A stretch of DNA of 64,000 nt, taken from Balanoglossus misakiensis (Eukaryota > Animalia > Hemichordata). Both the position numbers and the translations under genes were made by a program. Under the pieces are notes generated by a model. It saw nothing but the letters and a program-made list of their open reading frames with translations. It made no database searches and was not told where the DNA came from. Shown here one piece after another: positions 23,674-34,343 of the stretch (position 1 is the stretch's first letter; every line of letters starts with the position of its first letter). The DNA lies in the NCBI GenBank assembly GCA_040954595.2, contig JBECUI020000032.1, positions 1 through 64,000 of the forward strand, written 5' to 3'.

Positions 23674-23770
23674 AGTAGGGCCTCGGCCCATCATCAAAAC
23701 AATCTAAAGAGAACCGGTCATAGAACTTTGGGCCGGCATATTATCATGCATTACGCAGAAGGAGTACCTT

Positions 23771-24736
23771 ATGAAAACCTTACGTAGAAGGATTTATCAA
23801 TCCATAACCCAGACCATTGGAGAAACCCCCTTAACAGAACTCAGCCAGATCCGGAATAAAGAGGAACTTCCCGGCCGCATTCTGGCCAAGCTGGAATTCT
23901 TTAACCCCATGGCCTCGGTCAAAGACAGAATTGCCCTATCCATGATAGAGGAAGCCGAAAAGTCCGGACAAATCCAAGCCAGCAACACACTCCTTGTTGA
24001 ACCTACCTCGGGCAACACAGGCATCGGCCTTGCCTTTATTGCAGCCGCTAAGGGATATAAGCTTATTCTCACCATGCCGGAAAGCATGTCGATAGAACGG
24101 CGGAAACTGCTTTCTTATCTGGGGGCAGAAGTGATCTTAACCAAAAAAGAAAAAGGCATGAACGGAGCCATAGAGAAAGCGGAAAAAATTGTTCGGGAAC
24201 GAAACGCCACTCTTCTTGGGCAGTTCACCAACCCCGCCAATCCCCTTGCTCACGAAAGAGGCACCGGGGTAGAAATATGGAACGATACGGATGGCAAGAT
24301 TGATTTCCTTGTCTCCGGTGTCGGGACAGGAGGCACCATCACCGGGGTAAGTCGCTACATTAAACCAAAAAAACCCAGCTTTAAAGCCATCGCCGTGGAA
24401 CCAGCCGACAGCCCTGTTCTTTCAGGCGGCAAACCAGGACCCCACCAGATTCAAGGCATAGGAGCAGGCTTCATCCCTGATACAACCGACATATCCCTCA
24501 TCGACGAAGTAATCACCGTCAGCAACGCAGAAGCCTTCGCAGCAGCCCAAATGGTAGCAAGAGTTGAAGGCATTTCCGTCGGTATATCTTCCGGGGCTGC
24601 CCTTCAGGCTGCCATAAACCTTGCCAGACGGAAAGAGAATCAAGACAAAATCATTGTTGTCGTTTTTCCATCCTTTGCAGAAAGGTATCTCTCCACCTCC
24701 TTATTTAACGGACTCAACAACTATGAGCCTGCTTAA
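23771..24736 (+). CDS. cysK: cysteine synthase A (O-acetylserine sulfhydrylase)
   Basis: [44 protein letters not shown]. Confidence 0.97.
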   Translation: MKTLRRRIYQSITQTIGETPLTELSQIRNKEELPGRILAKLEFFNPMASVKDRIALSMIEEAEKSGQIQASNTLLVEPTSGNTGIGLAFIAAAKGYKLILTMPESMSIERRKLLSYLGAEVILTKKEKGMNGAIEKAEKIVRERNATLLGQFTNPANPLAHERGTGVEIWNDTDGKIDFLVSGVGTGGTITGVSRYIKPKKPSFKAIAVEPADSPVLSGGKPGPHQIQGIGAGFIPDTTDISLIDEVITVSNAEAFAAAQMVARVEGISVGISSGAALQAAINLARRKENQDKIIVVVFPSFAERYLSTSLFNGLNNYEPA

Positions 24737-25301
24737 ACACATCCAATCCCAAGACCCCGTACGCCCCGGGTTAGTTGAGGTATTCCTCTGCTACAGTGGT
24801 TACCACGCTGTGGCAGCCCACAGAATCTCCCATTATCTTCATAAACGGAGAATGAAAACCCTAGCAAGAGTACTCTCCACCATTGCCCGATGGTTTACGG
24901 GCATAGAAATTCATCCTGGGGCAAAAATAGGGAAAAAACTTTTTATTGATCATGGCATGGGGGTGGTAATCGGAGAAACGGCCGTCATTGCTGACAACGT
25001 TACCATGTTCCATAATGTGACTTTGGGAGGCAGAAGCCGGAGCCTGATCAAGAGGCATCCCACAATAAGTGACAACGTGATCATCGGGGCTGGTGCCCAG
25101 ATATTGGGAGACATCACCATTGGAGAAAACTGCCGCATTGGAGCCAACGCGGTAGTCACTTCACACATTCCTCCCAACACAGTAGTCGCTGGAATTCCGG
25201 CCCGTAGCATAGGCAATACGCCGGAACACCTCACCCCCTATCCGCCGTTAAGGTCTTGGGGACAAACCGATAGTGAATTTCAAAACGGCTTAGGAATATG
25301 A
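24723..25301 (+). CDS. cysE: serine O-acetyltransferase
   Basis: [39 protein letters not shown]; start overlaps the cysK end. Confidence 0.95.
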   Translation: MSLLKHIQSQDPVRPGLVEVFLCYSGYHAVAAHRISHYLHKRRMKTLARVLSTIARWFTGIEIHPGAKIGKKLFIDHGMGVVIGETAVIADNVTMFHNVTLGGRSRSLIKRHPTISDNVIIGAGAQILGDITIGENCRIGANAVVTSHIPPNTVVAGIPARSIGNTPEHLTPYPPLRSWGQTDSEFQNGLGI

Positions 25302-25492
25302 GAAAACGCCCTGCTCCGCGGCAGGGCGAAACCTCACCCCATCGCCCCCCCAAAGAACAAAAAACTTGCCAGCCGGTAACATGAAGCCTCTTCTCAAAAG
25401 GAAAAACAGCACAAAACAAAGCCATGCCTTACAAACGGAGTTCCGGTCCTTTGCCCCTACCAAGCCATCCCTCCCCCTCTTGAAATTTGCCC

Positions 25493-27097
25493 CTACAAGG
25501 TCAACGCCTTTACCGCTGCGGCTTCTATGCTCAGCCCCGAGTGGTAGCGCTCAAAAAAAGCATTGAAGCCCTTAACATCGGCCGGATCGGGCTTCAAAGC
25601 CTCGCCGACCCTACCGGAGAGAGCCTCATCCAGAAAGTCAGGTAGGTCAATGCTTCGGTCCTTTCGAATCATAAAAGCGGACAACAAAGCCATTCCCCAA
25701 GCGCCACCCTCTCCAGTGGTTTCCAGCAAACTCACCGGCGTGCAGGTAGCCGCGGCCATAATACGCTGCCCCACATAAGGAGTCTTAAAAAAACCGCCGT
25801 GTCCCCTGATTTCCTCTATAACGACCCCCTCCTCATTCATAAGAATATTGAGACCGGTCCGTAAAGCACACAAAGACGTAAAGAGATGAGCCCGAACAAA
25901 ATTTTCCAGGTTAAAAGCATCCTCAGGACAGCGGACAAAGAGAGGCCTCCCCTCGCGAAAACCAGTAACATGCTCTCCGGATATGTAACCATAGGACAGC
26001 AGGCCCCCGCAGTCAGGATCACCCCTAAGGGCCAGATTAAGAAGAGTATCATAAAGCACTGGCCTAGAGACCTTAGCCCCCAGGGCCTTGGCGGCCTGCC
26101 CCAGAAGCCCAAACCAGGCATCGTAGTCCGCAGTACAATTATTCGAATGAGCCATCCCCACCAACTTCCCATCAGGAGTAGTAACCAGATCTATCTCTTC
26201 ATAGACCTTTGAAGGCTCTCTATCCATAACAATCATAGCAAAAACCGAAGTACCCGCCGAAACATTACCAGTACGCAACCTAACGCTATTGGTCGCCACC
26301 ATCCCCGTTTCCGCATCACCCTCAGGAGGACAAAAGGGAAGCCCTGGAGAAAGCCTTCCCCCAGGATCAAGAAGCCTGGCCCCCTCTTCCGTCAAACGCC
26401 CCGCCTCTTTTCCTACAGCAACAATCTCAGGAAGAATCCCACCGAGTCTCCAGCCCAGCCCCTTAGAAGCCACATGGTTCTCATATTTTTCGATACGTAG
26501 CGCATCAAACAAGCCAGTATCCAGATCTATGGGAAACATACCTGAAGCATCACCAATACCCAGAACCTTCTGCCCTGTCAGTTTCCAGTGAACATAGCCA
26601 GCCAGAGTAGTCATATAGGCAATATCCTGTACATGATCCTCACCATTAAGGAGCGCCTGATGAAGATGAGCGATGCTCCAGCGCTGGGCTATAGGATACT
26701 GAAAGAGCTCCCTGAGTTCCCTGGCCGCCTCTCCGGTAATATTATTGCGCCAGGTCCGGAAAGGAACGAGCAACTCACCATGGGCATTAAAAACCAAATA
26801 TCCATGCATCATGGCACTAAAACCACCAGCAGCCAGGAATCGAAGCTCAACCCCCCATCTTCTGCGAACATCCCCTAGCAGATCGGCATAACAGGCGGCA
26901 AGACCGGCCCACACTTCATCCAAATGATACGACCACATGCCATCGACTAAAGAACTTTCCCAACTATAGCCTCCCGACGCCAAAAAACTATTGTCCGGAC
27001 CTATCAAGACCCCCTTAATTCGAGTGGAACCAAACTCCATACCCAAGATAGCCTGACCACTTTCAATGAATCCAGCTGCCTTATTTCCCAATTTCAC
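25493..27097 (-). CDS. FGGY-family pentulose kinase (ribulokinase/xylulokinase-like)
   Basis: [52 protein letters not shown]. Confidence 0.9.
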   Translation of the reverse strand: MKLGNKAAGFIESGQAILGMEFGSTRIKGVLIGPDNSFLASGGYSWESSLVDGMWSYHLDEVWAGLAACYADLLGDVRRRWGVELRFLAAGGFSAMMHGYLVFNAHGELLVPFRTWRNNITGEAARELRELFQYPIAQRWSIAHLHQALLNGEDHVQDIAYMTTLAGYVHWKLTGQKVLGIGDASGMFPIDLDTGLFDALRIEKYENHVASKGLGWRLGGILPEIVAVGKEAGRLTEEGARLLDPGGRLSPGLPFCPPEGDAETGMVATNSVRLRTGNVSAGTSVFAMIVMDREPSKVYEEIDLVTTPDGKLVGMAHSNNCTADYDAWFGLLGQAAKALGAKVSRPVLYDTLLNLALRGDPDCGGLLSYGYISGEHVTGFREGRPLFVRCPEDAFNLENFVRAHLFTSLCALRTGLNILMNEEGVVIEEIRGHGGFFKTPYVGQRIMAAATCTPVSLLETTGEGGAWGMALLSAFMIRKDRSIDLPDFLDEALSGRVGEALKPDPADVKGFNAFFERYHSGLSIEAAAVKALTL

Positions 27098-27628
27098 CCT
27101 CTCAACAAGAATTTACAGAACATCTTCATTCTACCATGCCGTCACCAAGAATCAAAGCCCGCATTGGGGGGCACCCAAAACGAGCATCTCGGATGTTCTT
27201 GCATGCCAAGAAACATCTCATTAGTCTTAGTTTTTCTTTTTAATAAACTTCTGCTCACAGGAAGAACAATTTCAGGCAACGCGTATCTGGAAACCTTGGC
27301 CAGAATAAACAACGGCAGCATAAGCAACAGCTACCCTTACTAGGGTCCAGAGATTCACCACTCTTCAACGCCTGCCCTACAGCTCGCCAATACTCACAGG
27401 CTCCCCTGTCCGCCCTCACCGAACGAAGAACCCCAACCTGCTACACTCAAACCCAAAACTGCTTAAGCAACAACTAGCAGATCTCCAGCATAGGAGGACG
27501 GCCCCGGGAACTAGCATCCCCACCGATACCAGACTGGAACAAACAGATTAGCAACAGAAATACCGAACCGGCCCAACATCTCCATTGACTAAGCCTTTCC
27601 ACCGACCCATTGAAGCTTTCCTGAAACC

Positions 27629-27703
27629 CTTGGGCGTCCGGGCGGGCTTTGCGGGGCTTCGGTCCTAAAGGACCGCCTTCGGCGCCCCTCCAATCCCTGA
27701 CGC
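27629..27703. repeat. dispersed ~75-bp GC-rich structured repeat, copy 2
   Basis: Near-identical to 12787-12862. Confidence 0.9.
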
Positions 27704-27960
27704 AGAGCCACCCCCGGAACACCCCAGCCTGCCCGCATTACCGAGACCTTCCCCGGGTAGTGTCAAGAAGCACCAAAGGCGCAATATCCTCTAGAAAAGG
27801 CGCAAAACCAAACTTCAAACAATAACAACTCACACCCTTACCGAAGAAAGGCCCCTCCTGAAGATTCTCAAAAAATGGAACTAAACAGACCAGAGGGCTA
27901 GTTCCACCACTTTCTCAGAAGACAGCAAGGCAGGGGACCCCACTCCCCCCCAGCATCACC

Positions 27961-30762
27961 CTAGAAAAGATTAGGAGTTTCAATTAAAAAATAGAAAGAG
28001 AGATCTTTCGCCACATTAAAAGCAGCAAAGGAGTCGTAGACCCTCAGCCGCACTCCCAGACCCACAGGTACATCCGGCGAAGCCATTAACCCAGCATGAA
28101 TGGTAAAAGAGAGACCCACAAAAAATTCCGAGCTTCCCAACCCTTTTCCACTAAGAAAACCATGGCGCCCATAAAAACTCATTGCCAAGGAGGAACCATG
28201 AAAGTGAACAACCTGCCCAAAATCAGATACACCCAAAGGTATCCTATAAACAAGAGCATACAGAGTAGCAAAGTCCGAAAGAAAGTTCCGCTGGCCAATA
28301 CCATCAGCCGTCAAAAAGGCCGTAGCCTGAGAGACATTGCTGTAAGCCCCAGAAAAGGAAAGCCCCAGGACACTATAGCCCCAGAGGGGCAGATCAATAG
28401 AACTTGCTGACACCATACCAAGAGAAAAACGCCTATCACGAGCATTGTACACAAGAGGAAGAGACAAAGAACTACCCCAAGAAAATCCTCCCTCAAGGGC
28501 CGCAGGAGGAGTTTTTTTAGAGGATTGCAGAGCAAGTTCTGTCCGAATTCCCCAAAAGTTCCTTCCCTGTATGTTAAAAGCTTCTGCAAAAGAAAAATGG
28601 CGGGAATCCTCGATCCTGTAAAAATAAATAAGGCTCTCCTTCCATTGTAGAAAGGTGCTCATTCGGGAACGATGGCTTTCCAAGAGTACAGTCATAAAAG
28701 AAATTTCCATCCTGCTGGACTGTCGAAATTTGGAAGAGTTCGCCGAGTGGAACGTAGAGTAGGACTGCAAAAAATCCATGGCAAGGGAGCTTTTACCAAA
28801 GCGCTGCACTAAGGAAATGGAGCCAGTCAACTGTTCAGGTAAAACATAGCCAAGACCCGTATTCAAGGATAACTGGCTATTTATGGACGTCCAGAACGTT
28901 CTTACTCCCAGATCAAGTTCAGTTTTCCCAAAGGTAAAAGACAAGTAGGGATGCCAGAACATGAACTCCAGCCGTTCCCTATGGGGTTTGGAATCAATTA
29001 TCGGCCAGACTTCTTGTACCTCTGGCACCGCAGTAGCCACCGTATATTCCCAGACTTCTCCAGAAAAGACCTCCCTGGGAACACGCTTTAACTCATATCC
29101 TGTACTGTTGTAAGAACTATAAAAAAACTCCCCAGAAGAAGGTTGTGCCGCCAGAACGCCCACAGGATCGCGCAGCTCCCGGTACAAGGACTTATCTTCC
29201 CTGTCATAGCTGAATAACTCCAGAGCCCCACCTCTATCGGAAATGAAGTACACTCGCCCATCATCACCTTCTACAGGATAGTAATCACCATAGACATCCA
29301 CGGTAAACAGAGGTTCGGCAAGCCCGGTCTCCCCATCAAAAACATAAATATCCTGCTTCCCCCGCTCTAACAGAGCAAAATAGATCCGCCGCCCATCCTC
29401 AGAAAATACAGGGTTAAAAACCAGACTCCCAGCCCTCTGCCAAAGCGGCACCAGTTCCCCGGTCTCCTGGTTCACCTCCACCAAACGGCTTTCCCCCCCG
29501 TCCAGCTGTACAGCAATTAAAGCCTCCCCCTTCCCGGAAGAAAAAGCCGGCTGCACCAAGCTGGCATCGTGGGTCAGCTGCCTCAAATCCCCTTCTTCCC
29601 ATAAGAACAAATCAGAAATATAGGCATAACTACCCAGCCAGAAAGGCCCATAATCGTAGTTAAGCCGGGGAACAATCCGAGCCAGAACAATTTTTTTGGC
29701 ATCGTCGCTCAGATCCCAAGAGTTCTTGTCCGTCAGACTAATTTCAAGAACAAGTTCTTCCTGGTTCTCTTCATTAAATCTCACAATACCGGGAACATCC
29801 TCCAGGCTCTTCCGGTAGGCATAAAGAGCCCCTCCTCCCTCTCTCAGGCTGTACCAGTCCTCTTTTTTCGGAGAAATAGGTTCTCCTGGAGAAGAAAAAG
29901 CCTGAAATTTCTCATGGTACCACTGAACCATGGGAGCAAAATGCTCCCTTCCTGTCTTCCCAGTAACATCTTTAACAGCTTCTTCATAAATAAGGTAATT
30001 CTTAGTCTGATAGCTTTCGGTTATCCGGCTTAAAACATCATCCCCATAATGAGCCATAAGATAGTCGGTAAGCATGGCCCCGGCAACATAAACACGACCT
30101 GCCGGGGCAAAATTGGAACTGTAGTAGCTTTGTTCGTAGTCAAAAAGTTGACCCTCCAGGATGGGAGCCTTGTACAAGACTTCAAAGTAAGGGCTTCTCC
30201 CTCGTCCCCCTGCGGTAAACAGCGTTTCAAGACCTATGCCCAGACCCTCCAGAGCCCAGCCAGGAGTCAAGGCCACCGAGAGACTTCGCAGAGAGAGCCC
30301 CATAATATCCGCCACCACTTTATAAAAGCCGCGGTCATAGAGCAAACTGAGATAATGAGCCAATTCGTGGGTAAGCAGAGATCGAAGCCAGGTTTTGTGG
30401 CGGGTTCCAAGCCAGGGCTCCGTGGGAGGTTTCAGAAAAAGCTCAAGATGAGGGGGAAAAGGATAAAAAGCCCCATTGGCCTTATCCACCCGCCCTCGGA
30501 GAATCGCTTTAATTTTCCCCGGAGGAGTTGTTCTCATATAGCCTGCCACGATTCTGTACACTTCATCGGCAAAAGACACAAGCTCCCTTGCCGCCTTCTC
30601 ATCGTAGGCTTCGTATACAATAATAAAATGTTCCGTCTCGGTCTCCAGCCATCCTTGGAAGTCTCTGGGAAAAAGTTGCCCTGGAAAAACAAACAAAATC
30701 ACACAGAGGAGCAGCCAAAAGGGCCTGATAGGTTGCTCTGATTTAATCACAACTCGGTACAT
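27961..30762 (-). CDS. exported protein: HExxH peptidase-like domain, TolB/PD40-like propeller, probable C-terminal beta-barrel
   Basis: Signal peptide; THELAH and WALEG; NPVFSEDGRRIYF, YFISDRGG; amphipathic strands; terminal Phe. Confidence 0.7.
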   Translation of the reverse strand: MYRVVIKSEQPIRPFWLLLCVILFVFPGQLFPRDFQGWLETETEHFIIVYEAYDEKAARELVSFADEVYRIVAGYMRTTPPGKIKAILRGRVDKANGAFYPFPPHLELFLKPPTEPWLGTRHKTWLRSLLTHELAHYLSLLYDRGFYKVVADIMGLSLRSLSVALTPGWALEGLGIGLETLFTAGGRGRSPYFEVLYKAPILEGQLFDYEQSYYSSNFAPAGRVYVAGAMLTDYLMAHYGDDVLSRITESYQTKNYLIYEEAVKDVTGKTGREHFAPMVQWYHEKFQAFSSPGEPISPKKEDWYSLREGGGALYAYRKSLEDVPGIVRFNEENQEELVLEISLTDKNSWDLSDDAKKIVLARIVPRLNYDYGPFWLGSYAYISDLFLWEEGDLRQLTHDASLVQPAFSSGKGEALIAVQLDGGESRLVEVNQETGELVPLWQRAGSLVFNPVFSEDGRRIYFALLERGKQDIYVFDGETGLAEPLFTVDVYGDYYPVEGDDGRVYFISDRGGALELFSYDREDKSLYRELRDPVGVLAAQPSSGEFFYSSYNSTGYELKRVPREVFSGEVWEYTVATAVPEVQEVWPIIDSKPHRERLEFMFWHPYLSFTFGKTELDLGVRTFWTSINSQLSLNTGLGYVLPEQLTGSISLVQRFGKSSLAMDFLQSYSTFHSANSSKFRQSSRMEISFMTVLLESHRSRMSTFLQWKESLIYFYRIEDSRHFSFAEAFNIQGRNFWGIRTELALQSSKKTPPAALEGGFSWGSSLSLPLVYNARDRRFSLGMVSASSIDLPLWGYSVLGLSFSGAYSNVSQATAFLTADGIGQRNFLSDFATLYALVYRIPLGVSDFGQVVHFHGSSLAMSFYGRHGFLSGKGLGSSEFFVGLSFTIHAGLMASPDVPVGLGVRLRVYDSFAAFNVAKDLSFYFLIETPNLF

Positions 30763-30923
30763 TCAGAAATTTCCTGGAATGCTGCGCACCCAGACATCCT
30801 TTCCCCTTCTTCCATATCCAAAGAGCAAGAAGTCTTTCTGGCTTTTAAAAGCCGAACTCTGAAACATAACCCCTTTCCTGAATCTCCGTTCGGAAACTCT
30901 GAATAGTTAACGGAACAACAGCC

Positions 30924-31928
30924 TCACCTCTGCTCCTCAAAGATTTCCTGAGCTTTGGGAGTCATAAAAATTTCTCCATCGGATTGGATAAAAACAGCCT
31001 CTATACCCTCCATCTCCTCCACCAGGCTCAGGCTTTTTTCCAGCCCTAGGGCAAAAAACGCTGTGGAAAGTCCGTCTCCATCCATCGATTCTTCCGAGAG
31101 TATCGTCACACTTACCAAGCCATTATCCACAGGATAACCTGTGCTTGTATCCAATATATGATGAAAACGCTTTCCCTCTAAGTCAAAGTATCGTTCATAA
31201 CTTCCTGAAGACACCACAGAGCCATCATAAATAGTAAAAATACCCCAGAAACTGCCGCGGCTGTCAAAGGGATCCTGAAGTCCTATTTTAAAAGGAAGGT
31301 CCCCAGGTTTCCCCCCCCCTACCAGAACATTACCTCCAAGATTGATAAGAAAATGCTGTATCTCCGCCCCTCGGAAGTAATCGGCAATCCTATCAGCAAT
31401 CCAACCCTTAGTAATTCCTCCCAAATCCAGCGTCATACCTGCCGCCCCAAAGCTCAAGGTCCCTGCAGCCTGATCCACAAGCAATTTCCGGTAATCCACC
31501 TTGCTCAAGACTTCCTGAATCTCCGGTAACTCAGGGACCCTGGTATTCTCGCCACCGATGTCCCATAAATCCACCAAGGGACCGATGGTGGGGTCAAAGG
31601 CCCCGGAAGAAAGCTCGGCAAAATAGAAAGCCCTGCTTGCTATGTCTATGGTAAAAGAAGATACCTTGACAGGGGTGCCGGGAGAAATTTTGTTAAGCCT
31701 ATCCAAATCGCTATCTTCCGTATAACGACTTAGAAGGTCTTCATATTCCTGAATGAGAGTAAAAGCTCCATCGAGGATTTTACTCTCGCTGCTTCCCCAA
31801 ATCTTTAGTGTGACTACGGTGTCCAGAAGAAGTTCGGTATCCTCTAGGAAATCTACTTTGCTGCAATTAAAAAAACTGAAGAGACAAAAGCATACGAGAA
31901 AAAACCGGGCAAGAAATTGAAATTGCAT
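30924..31928 (-). CDS. apbE: FAD:protein FMN transferase lipoprotein
   Basis: Lipobox FFNC; GAFDPTIGPL, LDLGGITKGW, SSGSYERYF, HHILD..TGYP, DGLST. Confidence 0.93.
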   Translation of the reverse strand: MQFQFLARFFLVCFCLFSFFNCSKVDFLEDTELLLDTVVTLKIWGSSESKILDGAFTLIQEYEDLLSRYTEDSDLDRLNKISPGTPVKVSSFTIDIASRAFYFAELSSGAFDPTIGPLVDLWDIGGENTRVPELPEIQEVLSKVDYRKLLVDQAAGTLSFGAAGMTLDLGGITKGWIADRIADYFRGAEIQHFLINLGGNVLVGGGKPGDLPFKIGLQDPFDSRGSFWGIFTIYDGSVVSSGSYERYFDLEGKRFHHILDTSTGYPVDNGLVSVTILSEESMDGDGLSTAFFALGLEKSLSLVEEMEGIEAVFIQSDGEIFMTPKAQEIFEEQR

Positions 31929-32058
31929 ACACCTAGATTGGAGATTCAGCACCAGAAAGTCAAGGGTAGACCCGCTCAATGCCCATGGAAGAACACAAGA
32001 CTAGCAGGAACAACGTGAGGCTTTTACCTGTCTCCAGGCCAGCAGTATCTCCCTCACC

Positions 32059-32517
32059 CTAGCGCTTGAGGAACTTTTCGTAAGAGGCAATCCATTCCTT
32101 AACTGAAATTTTTTCTACCAGAGCTCCGATGAGTTTGTAAGGAATATCTTTAAACTTTTTAAACCGAATACAGCTTTTCCCCCGGTCGAGTTGCTTGCCA
32201 TATTGTTGTAGATATTCCCGAGAAAACCATTGGTCCAGTTCCCCAAAGCCACTGTAAAGGCCCATATGATAAAAACCGATAAAATGCTTTTGTGAGGCCA
32301 AGTTCATAAAGGGAAGGGGCAACTTAGGATTACAGTGGTAACCCGGAGAATAAAGACTGTGTGGCACCACATAGCCTATCATCCCATAGCTCATTTCTTC
32401 AACAAAACCATCAGGAAGATGATCTAAGATAGTTTCCCGCAGTTTGATAAAATACTCACGACGCTCTTCAGGAACTTCTTCAAGGTATTGCTCTACATTC
32501 TTGGCCTCGGATCTCAT
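32059..32517 (-). CDS. DUF1801/YdhG-like protein
   Basis: YGMIGYVVPHS.Y..GYHC...PLPF..LASQK, GKSCIRFK. Confidence 0.8.
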   Translation of the reverse strand: MRSEAKNVEQYLEEVPEERREYFIKLRETILDHLPDGFVEEMSYGMIGYVVPHSLYSPGYHCNPKLPLPFMNLASQKHFIGFYHMGLYSGFGELDQWFSREYLQQYGKQLDRGKSCIRFKKFKDIPYKLIGALVEKISVKEWIASYEKFLKR

Positions 32518-32537
32518 ACAAATACTCTTATGGCAAG

Positions 32538-34280
32538 CTAGCTGGCTTCAACGCTAACAAAATCAAACTTGCTAACATCAAAAAGACCGCGAGTGGTAAG
32601 CTTGAGCTGGGGAATAACCGGCAGAGCCAGGAAACTCAGAAGCATAAAGGGATCTATAGCGGGACTAATTCCAAAGGCTTTCCTGGCTTCAACAGTCAGA
32701 GAACTCAATTTAGCAGCTGCATCGCTTCCCGAGATATCGGCCATCAGACCACCTAGAGGAAGGGCAATAAAGCCCAAGAGCTTTCCCCCAGTCTCGGCCA
32801 AGGCAATGCCTCCCCCGCAGGAACTCAGTTTGCGGACAACTGCCAGCATGGCCTGATCATCGTCTCCAACCACAATAATGTTATGAGAGTCATGAGCCAC
32901 GGTAGAGGCCACGGCTCCCCCACGAAGGCCATAGCCTGATACCAGGGCCACCCCAACCTTGCCGCTGGCTTTGTGACGTTCAATCGATGCCAACTTTAAA
33001 ACGTCTTCCGAAGGGGAAGGGACAAAGCAGGAGTTGCTATCGGTAGAGACTGTTTTAATAACTTCACCCGTGAGCACACTGCCTGGATTCACCGTGATGA
33101 CTCTGGCCCGGCCGGAAGGAATTTTGATGGCCAGATCTTCAATCTTCACGGAAGCTATTTTGACTGTATCCCGCATGGTCAAGCTGGGGAGGGGAAGCGG
33201 CATAGGATGAAGAAGCTTTCCTCCGGCAGCCACCTCAACACCGGAGCGAAACACCCGGTCAGGCTGAAAGTCTTCTAGGGATCCCTTTAAAACAAGCACA
33301 TCGGCCACGCAACCTGGAGTAAAGACACCACGGTCCTTCAAGCCGAAAACTTCTGCAGCATTGAGGGTGCCAAGGCGTACAGCCTCAAGAGGAGAAAGCC
33401 CCTCCTTGATGGCCAAACGAATATTAAAATCGATATGACCATTTTCCACAATATCTCCTGGAAGTTTATCATCGGTACAGAAGGCACAACGGCGGCTTGA
33501 ACCAGGACCCAGTCCCTTAATCAAAGTTGCAAGATCCCGACAGACAGTACCCTCACGGATAAGAACGCGCATACCCAGACGGAGGCGCTGCTTCATTTCT
33601 TCCAGGGAAGAACACTCATGATCGGTTTTTATGCCAGCAGCGGCATAGGCGGCCAGTTCAACTCCGAGCACCCCCGGGCTGTGTCCATCTATCCCTTTAC
33701 CTGCCTCTCGAAGAAGGGCAATCTTGGCCAAAATCTCTTCTTCTCCGGCTATAACTGCAGGATAGTCCATAACTTCCCCCAGACCCAGTACCCGGGGATG
33801 ATTCACAAGGGCAGCCAAATCTTGGGCCTTAAGAACCGCCCCCGCATCTTCAAAAGATGTGGCAGGAACACAGGAGGGAAGCATAACATAAAACTGCTGA
33901 GGAATTTCTTCGGAGTTTTCCAGAATCCAGCGAATCGCTTCCATGCCTCCCACGTTAGCGATTTCATGGGGATCGGCAATAATTGTGGTAGTGCCACAGG
34001 GTACCGTCAGTGAGGCAAAACCTGCGGGGGAAACAAAAGAATCCTCAACATGAACATGAGTGTCAATAAGTCCAGGAACTGCAATTTTCCCTTTAAAGTC
34101 AATTTCTTCTTTTCCTTGATACGTTCCCAGGGCTACTATTTTTCCATCCCGGATTGCCATATCACCGGAAACAAGCTCTTCAGTAAAAAGATCAAGAAAT
34201 CTACCATTTTTTAAAACAATATCGGCTGGTTTACGCCCCATAGCAATATCAATATCAGCGCGAATATCTTTAATAGACAT
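32538..34280 (-). CDS. ade: adenine deaminase (Ade/AdeC type)
   Basis: PGLIDTHVH, DPHEIANV, LPSCVPAT, DGHSP, TDHE, CTDD, VAHDSHN, FLALPVIP. Confidence 0.95.
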   Translation of the reverse strand: MSIKDIRADIDIAMGRKPADIVLKNGRFLDLFTEELVSGDMAIRDGKIVALGTYQGKEEIDFKGKIAVPGLIDTHVHVEDSFVSPAGFASLTVPCGTTTIIADPHEIANVGGMEAIRWILENSEEIPQQFYVMLPSCVPATSFEDAGAVLKAQDLAALVNHPRVLGLGEVMDYPAVIAGEEEILAKIALLREAGKGIDGHSPGVLGVELAAYAAAGIKTDHECSSLEEMKQRLRLGMRVLIREGTVCRDLATLIKGLGPGSSRRCAFCTDDKLPGDIVENGHIDFNIRLAIKEGLSPLEAVRLGTLNAAEVFGLKDRGVFTPGCVADVLVLKGSLEDFQPDRVFRSGVEVAAGGKLLHPMPLPLPSLTMRDTVKIASVKIEDLAIKIPSGRARVITVNPGSVLTGEVIKTVSTDSNSCFVPSPSEDVLKLASIERHKASGKVGVALVSGYGLRGGAVASTVAHDSHNIIVVGDDDQAMLAVVRKLSSCGGGIALAETGGKLLGFIALPLGGLMADISGSDAAAKLSSLTVEARKAFGISPAIDPFMLLSFLALPVIPQLKLTTRGLFDVSKFDFVSVEAS

Positions 34281-34343
34281 AGAAACCCCCGTTTAAATTG
34301 TTCATAAGAATCTAAACGAGAATAAGAGTTAAGTCCATAGGTG

